Shown here: piece after piece, positions 27,621-32,000 of the stretch | How positions within the stretch are numbered: position 1 is the stretch's first letter | Layout of the letters: every line of letters begins with the position of its first letter | DNA from: Agromyces hippuratus | Lineage (GTDB): Bacteria > Actinomycetota > Actinomycetes > Actinomycetales > Microbacteriaceae | Direction: 5' to 3' | DNA length: 32,000 nucleotides | Assembly (NCBI RefSeq): GCF_013410355.1 | Contig: NZ_JACCFI010000001.1 | Location: 847,478-879,477 of the forward strand | The notes under the pieces: model-generated | The model's input: only the letters and a program-made list of their open reading frames with translations | Databases searched by the model: none | Told to the model about the DNA's origin: nothing | Translations under genes and position numbers: made by a program

Positions 27621-27775
27621 TGGCAGTGCGCGCCCGACGGCGCGGTTTTCGAATTGCCGTCCGGTGCAAACGTCCAGAGGTCGTCCGCCGGGCGATTCGC
27701 GCCGAAGCGATTCCAGGGGTGCTCGGGGCCGTCGGTTCCCGTCACCGTCCAGCGACCGGAAGGAACAGCACAATC

Positions 27776-29869
27776 GTGGCAACTCTGCAGTGGGATTCTC
27801 TCGATGACCAAGCGATCGACACGGCCCGAGTTCTCGCGGCCGATGCCGTCGAGAAGGTCGGAAACGGGCATCCCGGCACCGCGATGAGCCTCGCGCCCGC
27901 CGCCTATCTCCTGTTCCAGAAGGTCATGCGCCGCGATCCGTCCGACCACGCGTGGCTCGGCCGCGACCGCTTCATCCTCTCTGCCGGCCACTCCTCGCTG
28001 ACCCAGTACGTGCAGCTCTTCCTCGCCGGCGACGGCCTCGAGCTCTCCGACCTCGAGTCGCTGCGCACCTGGGGTTCCAAGACCCCTGGCCACCCCGAGT
28101 ACGGTCACACCGCCGGCGTCGAGATCACGACCGGCCCGCTCGGCCAGGGCCTCGCCTCCGCCGTCGGCTTCGCCTACGCCGCCCGCTACGAGCGCGGCCT
28201 CTTCGACCCGGAGGCCGCGGCGGGCACGAGCCCGTTCGACCACTTCGTCTACGTCGTCGCCGGCGACGGCGACCTGCAGGAGGGCATCACGAGCGAGGCG
28301 TCGTCGCTCGCCGGCCACCAGCAGCTCGGCAACCTCGTCGTGATCTACGACTCCAACCAGATCTCCATCGAAGACGACACCAGCATCGCCTTCACCGAAG
28401 ACGTCGCGAAGCGCTACGAGTCCTACGGATGGCACGTGCAGACCGTCGACTGGAAGAAGACGGGCCAGTACGTCGAAGACGTGGCCGAACTGCACGCCGC
28501 GATCGAGGCCGCCAAGGGCGAGTCCGACAAGCCCTCGATCATCATCCTGAAGACGATCATCGGCTGGCCGTCGCCCGGCAAGCAGAACTCCGGCAAGATC
28601 CACGGTTCCGCGCTCGGTGCGGCGGAGCTCGCCGCGACGAAGGAGGTGCTCGGCTTCGACCCCGAGCAGAGCTTCGTCGTCGCCGAGGACGTGCTCGCCC
28701 ACACGCGTGGTGCCGTCGAGCGCGGCGCGGCGCAGCACGCCGAGTGGCAGCTCGCGTTCGACGCATGGGCCGCAGCCAACCCCGACCGCAAGGCGCTCCT
28801 CGACCGGCTCGAGGCGGGCGAGCTGCCCGCCGACGTCGAGTCCGTGCTCCCCGTCTTCGAGGGCGGCACCGAGGTCTCGACCCGCGCAGCTTCGGGCAAG
28901 GTCATCAACGCCCTCGCCGGCGTGCTGCCCGAGCTGTGGGGCGGATCGGCCGACCTCGCCGAGTCGAACCTGACCACGATCAACGGCGCGGCCTCGTTCA
29001 TCCCGACCGAGTGGTCGACGCACGAGTTCTCGGGCAACCCCTACGGCCGCGTGCTGCACTTCGGCATCCGCGAGCACGCCATGGGCGCGATCGTCAACGG
29101 CATCGTGCTGCACGGCAAGACGCGCGCCTTCGGCGGCACCTTCCTCATCTTCAGCGACTACATGCGGCCCGCCGTGCGCCTCGCGGCGCTCATGCAGGTG
29201 CCCTCGATCTTCGTCTGGACCCACGACTCCGTCGCCCTCGGCGAAGACGGCCCGACGCACCAGCCGATCGAGCAGCTCGCGACGCTCCGGGCGATCCCGG
29301 GCCTCACGGTCGTGCGGCCCGCCGACGCCAACGAGGTCGCGTACGCCTGGCTCGAGATCCTGAAGCGCACGGATGCCCCGGCGGGCATCGCCCTCACCCG
29401 GCAGAACATCCCCGTGTTCGAGCGGGGCACGGCCGCGGCATCCGGTGACGCCCTCGCCGCCGCGTCGAACGTGGCGAAGGGCGCCTACGTGCTCGCCGAG
29501 GCCGCATCGGGCACGCCCGACGTGATCCTCATCGCCACCGGCTCCGAGGTGCAGCTCGCCCTCGCAGCCCGCGAGACGCTCGCAGCGGAGGGCATCGGCG
29601 CACGCGTCGTGTCGGCACCGTCGCTCGAGTGGTTCGAGGAGCAGCCGGCCGAGTACCGCGAGCAGGTGCTGCCCTCGGCTGTCACGGCCCGCGTCTCGGT
29701 CGAAGCCGGGCTCGCGCTCTCGTGGCACCGCTACCTCGGTTCGCGCGGCCGTGCCGTCTCGATCGAGCACTTCGGCGCCTCCGCCGACTACAAGACCCTG
29801 TTCCGCGAGTTCGGCATCACGGCCGAGGCCGTCGTGGCCGCCGCGAAGGAATCGCTCGCGTCGGCCTGA
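27776..29869 (+). CDS. tkt: Transketolase
   Basis: In-frame GTG 27776 of track ORF 27512..29869 (GGAAGGAA ~10 nt upstream) gives (M)[40 protein letters not shown]… The TPP-binding motif GDGDLQEG is present and the length is ~697 aa. Confidence 0.93.
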   Translation: MATLQWDSLDDQAIDTARVLAADAVEKVGNGHPGTAMSLAPAAYLLFQKVMRRDPSDHAWLGRDRFILSAGHSSLTQYVQLFLAGDGLELSDLESLRTWGSKTPGHPEYGHTAGVEITTGPLGQGLASAVGFAYAARYERGLFDPEAAAGTSPFDHFVYVVAGDGDLQEGITSEASSLAGHQQLGNLVVIYDSNQISIEDDTSIAFTEDVAKRYESYGWHVQTVDWKKTGQYVEDVAELHAAIEAAKGESDKPSIIILKTIIGWPSPGKQNSGKIHGSALGAAELAATKEVLGFDPEQSFVVAEDVLAHTRGAVERGAAQHAEWQLAFDAWAAANPDRKALLDRLEAGELPADVESVLPVFEGGTEVSTRAASGKVINALAGVLPELWGGSADLAESNLTTINGAASFIPTEWSTHEFSGNPYGRVLHFGIREHAMGAIVNGIVLHGKTRAFGGTFLIFSDYMRPAVRLAALMQVPSIFVWTHDSVALGEDGPTHQPIEQLATLRAIPGLTVVRPADANEVAYAWLEILKRTDAPAGIALTRQNIPVFERGTAAASGDALAAASNVAKGAYVLAEAASGTPDVILIATGSEVQLALAARETLAAEGIGARVVSAPSLEWFEEQPAEYREQVLPSAVTARVSVEAGLALSWHRYLGSRGRAVSIEHFGASADYKTLFREFGITAEAVVAAAKESLASA

Positions 29870-29895
29870 CGCGCGCCAGAAGAGGAGACACTCCC

Positions 29896-31005
29896 ATGAC
29901 CAGCTCCCCCACTGCAGCACTGTCGGAGGCGGGCGTCAGCATCTGGCTCGACGACCTCTCGCGTGAGCGCATCGCCTCCGGCGACCTCGCCCGACTCATC
30001 GCCGAGCGCGACGTCGTCGGCGTCACCACCAACCCGACGATCTTCGCCGGCGCCCTCGCCAAGGGCGAGCGCTACGCCGAGCAGGTGCACTCGCTCGCCG
30101 CAGCCGGCGCCGACGTCGACACGGCGGTCTTCGAGATCACCACCGACGACGTGCGGGCCGCCGCCGACGTCTTCCGCCCGGTGTACGACCGCTCGAACGG
30201 CTTCGACGGCCGCGTCTCGATCGAGGTCTCCCCCGGTCTCGCCCGCGACACCGCCGGCACGATCGCCGAGGCCAAGTCGCTCTGGGCGAAGGTCGACCGT
30301 CCGAACGCCATGATCAAGATCCCCGCGACGGCCGAGGGCCTCGACGCGATCACCGAGGCGATCGGCTCCGGCATCAGCGTCAACGTGACGTTGATCTTCA
30401 GCCTCGACCGCTACCGCGAGGTGATCGCGGCGTACCTCGCGGGGCTCGAGCAGGCCGAGGCCGCCGGCATCGACCTGTCGACGATCCACTCGGTCGCCTC
30501 GTTCTTCGTGTCGCGCGTCGACACCGAGATCGACAAGCGACTCGTCGCCATCGGCACCGAGGAGGCCCTCGCGCTGAAGAGCAAGGCCGGACTCGCCAAC
30601 GCGCGCCTCGCCTACGAGCTCTTCGAGCAGGAGTTCGGCGGCGAGCGTGCCGCAGCACTCCTCGCCTCCGGCGCGAACCGCCAGCGCCCGCTCTGGGCGT
30701 CGACCGGCGTGAAGGACCCGGCGCTGCCCGACACCCTGTACGTGACCGAGCTGGTCGCGCAGGGCGTCGTGAACACGATGCCCGAGAAGACGCTCGAGGC
30801 CACATTCGACCACGGCGTCATCGCTGGCGACACCGTCACCGGCGCCTACGTGCAGGCCGGCGAGGTGCTCGACGCGCTCGCAGCCGTCGGCGTCGACTAC
30901 GACGACGTGACCCTGTTGCTCGAGAACGAGGGAGTCGACAAGTTCATCGTCTCCTGGAACGAGCTGCTCGACACCGTTCGCGGCGCGCTGGAGGCCGCAC
31001 GATGA
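29896..31005 (+). CDS. tal: Transaldolase (actinobacterial long form)
   Basis: In-frame ATG 29896 of track ORF 29629..31005 (GAGGAG upstream) gives [26 protein letters not shown]…VTTNPTIF…MIKIPAT (active-site Lys context). Confidence 0.93.
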   Translation: MTSSPTAALSEAGVSIWLDDLSRERIASGDLARLIAERDVVGVTTNPTIFAGALAKGERYAEQVHSLAAAGADVDTAVFEITTDDVRAAADVFRPVYDRSNGFDGRVSIEVSPGLARDTAGTIAEAKSLWAKVDRPNAMIKIPATAEGLDAITEAIGSGISVNVTLIFSLDRYREVIAAYLAGLEQAEAAGIDLSTIHSVASFFVSRVDTEIDKRLVAIGTEEALALKSKAGLANARLAYELFEQEFGGERAAALLASGANRQRPLWASTGVKDPALPDTLYVTELVAQGVVNTMPEKTLEATFDHGVIAGDTVTGAYVQAGEVLDALAAVGVDYDDVTLLLENEGVDKFIVSWNELLDTVRGALEAAR

Positions 31006-32000
31006 GCTTCCGCATCTCCGTCAGCGGGGCCGCTGCCGATGCCGTGCGCAGCACGGTGCCGACGCTCGTCGCCGACCTCGTGGCCAGCGGCATCACCGCG
31101 CAGGACGCGTCCCTCTGGGGCGCCGAGGCCGAGGCGGAGGCGTCGAAGCGCCTCGGCTGGACCGAGGCCGTCGCGATCTCCCGCCCGCTCGTCCCCGAGA
31201 TCGAAGCCCTGCGCGAAGAACTCGAAGCCGCCGGCGTCGATCACATCGTGCTCGCCGGCATGGGCGGCTCATCGCTCGCGCCCGAGGTCATCACGCGCAC
31301 GACGAACGTCGACCTCACCGTGCTCGACTCGACCGAGCCCGGGCAGGTTCGCACCGCCCTGGCCGACCGGCTCGCGACCTCGGCGCTCGTCGTCTCGTCG
31401 AAGTCGGGCTCGACCGTCGAGACCGACAGCCAGCGCCGGGTCTACGAGCAGGCCTTCCGCGATGCCGGCATCGACCCCGCGACGCGCATCATCGTCGTGA
31501 CCGACCCCGGTTCTCCGCTCGACGAATCGGCCCGCGCTGCGGGCTACCGGGTCTTCAACGCCGACCCCGACGTGGGCGGCCGCTACTCGGCCCTCACCGC
31601 CTTCGGCCTCGTGCCCTCAGGCCTCGCCGGCGTCGACATCTCCGAGGTGCTCGACGAGGCCGAGACGATCGAGCTCTCGCTCGCCATCGACAGTCCCGAG
31701 AACCCGGGTCTCGTGCTCGGCGCGGCGATCGCGGCGACGGTTCCCCTCCGCGACAAGCTCGGCATCATCGCCGACGGCACCCACATCGTCGGACTCCCCG
31801 ACTGGGCCGAGCAGCTGATCGCGGAGTCCACCGGCAAGAACGGCACCGGGCTCCTCCCCGTCGTGCTCGACGTCGACGCGCCCGAACTCGGCGAGCACCT
31901 CGCCGACCTGCAGATCGTGCGCATCGTCGACGACGCCGGCGACGAGATCTTCGGTCGCGACGACTCCGGCGAGATCCGCGTCTCGGGCACGCTCGGCGCG
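31002..32000 (+). CDS. pgi: Glucose-6-phosphate isomerase, N-terminal 333 codons (continues beyond the window end)
   Basis: Not in the ORF track (no stop in window). ATG 31002 overlaps the tal stop (ATGA). My translation is [27 protein letters not shown]…[16 protein letters not shown]…[17 protein letters not shown]…[16 protein letters not shown]. These are SIS-domain/PGI signatures, and the frame stays open to base 32000. Confidence 0.88.
   Translation, partial: MSFRISVSGAAADAVRSTVPTLVADLVASGITAQDASLWGAEAEAEASKRLGWTEAVAISRPLVPEIEALREELEAAGVDHIVLAGMGGSSLAPEVITRTTNVDLTVLDSTEPGQVRTALADRLATSALVVSSKSGSTVETDSQRRVYEQAFRDAGIDPATRIIVVTDPGSPLDESARAAGYRVFNADPDVGGRYSALTAFGLVPSGLAGVDISEVLDEAETIELSLAIDSPENPGLVLGAAIAATVPLRDKLGIIADGTHIVGLPDWAEQLIAESTGKNGTGLLPVVLDVDAPELGEHLADLQIVRIVDDAGDEIFGRDDSGEIRVSGTLGA

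Noticed and set aside
27640-27660. GGTTTTCGAATTGCC resembles the tRNA T-arm consensus GGTTCGAATCC, which suggested a tRNA or tRNA remnant in the ctaB/tkt spacer.
   Set aside because: The flanking bases do not form a T-stem. I could not build an acceptor stem, an anticodon arm or a D-arm around it.

Overview
High-GC (roughly 70% or more by eye) actinobacterial chromosomal segment. Gene content and order look like a core housekeeping region of a Micrococcales/Microbacteriaceae-like genome; that taxon call is inference from protein signatures and synteny only. I support 27 protein-coding genes. In window order they are: rne (5' part, truncated by the window start), a VKOR-family oxidoreductase, and the minus-strand operon ileS-folC-DUF4233-ndk, which is preceded by a T-box leader. 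Next come a YtrA-like GntR regulator divergent from a five-gene-type peptide/nickel ABC importer (SBP, two permeases, fused double ATPase), then valS-GNAT-small ORF. These are followed by a SAM methyltransferase, an M3 peptidyl-dipeptidase, and a suf Fe-S cluster operon (sufB-sufD-Rieske-sufC-DUF59). The window ends with heme A synthase ctaA, a hexapeptide-repeat (gamma-CA-like) protein, heme O synthase ctaB, and the start of the pentose-phosphate operon tkt-tal-pgi (pgi truncated by the window end). The two edge genes (rne, pgi) are absent from the supplied ORF track because they have no in-window stop; I translated them by hand. Many very long ORFs in the track (for example 4963..8118 +, 12584..16009 -, 27434..29920 -) are antisense shadow ORFs typical of high-GC DNA and are rejected. 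I see no tRNA, rRNA, CRISPR array, transposase, integrase, phage or recognisable defence gene. I find no convincing evidence of a novel multi-gene system: this is an ordinary, conserved region. The items worth a second look are regulatory or architectural. They are the ileS T-box with a candidate start-codon-sequestering helix, ileS occupying the slot valS holds in other Actinobacteria, and back-to-back near-identical extended -10 promoters between rne and VKOR. Also of note are a leaderless GntR gene with an overlapping operator palindrome, a valS-coupled GNAT plus an uncharacterised 74-aa ORF, a suf cluster lacking sufR/sufS/sufU, and a 326-bp structured ctaB/tkt intergenic region.
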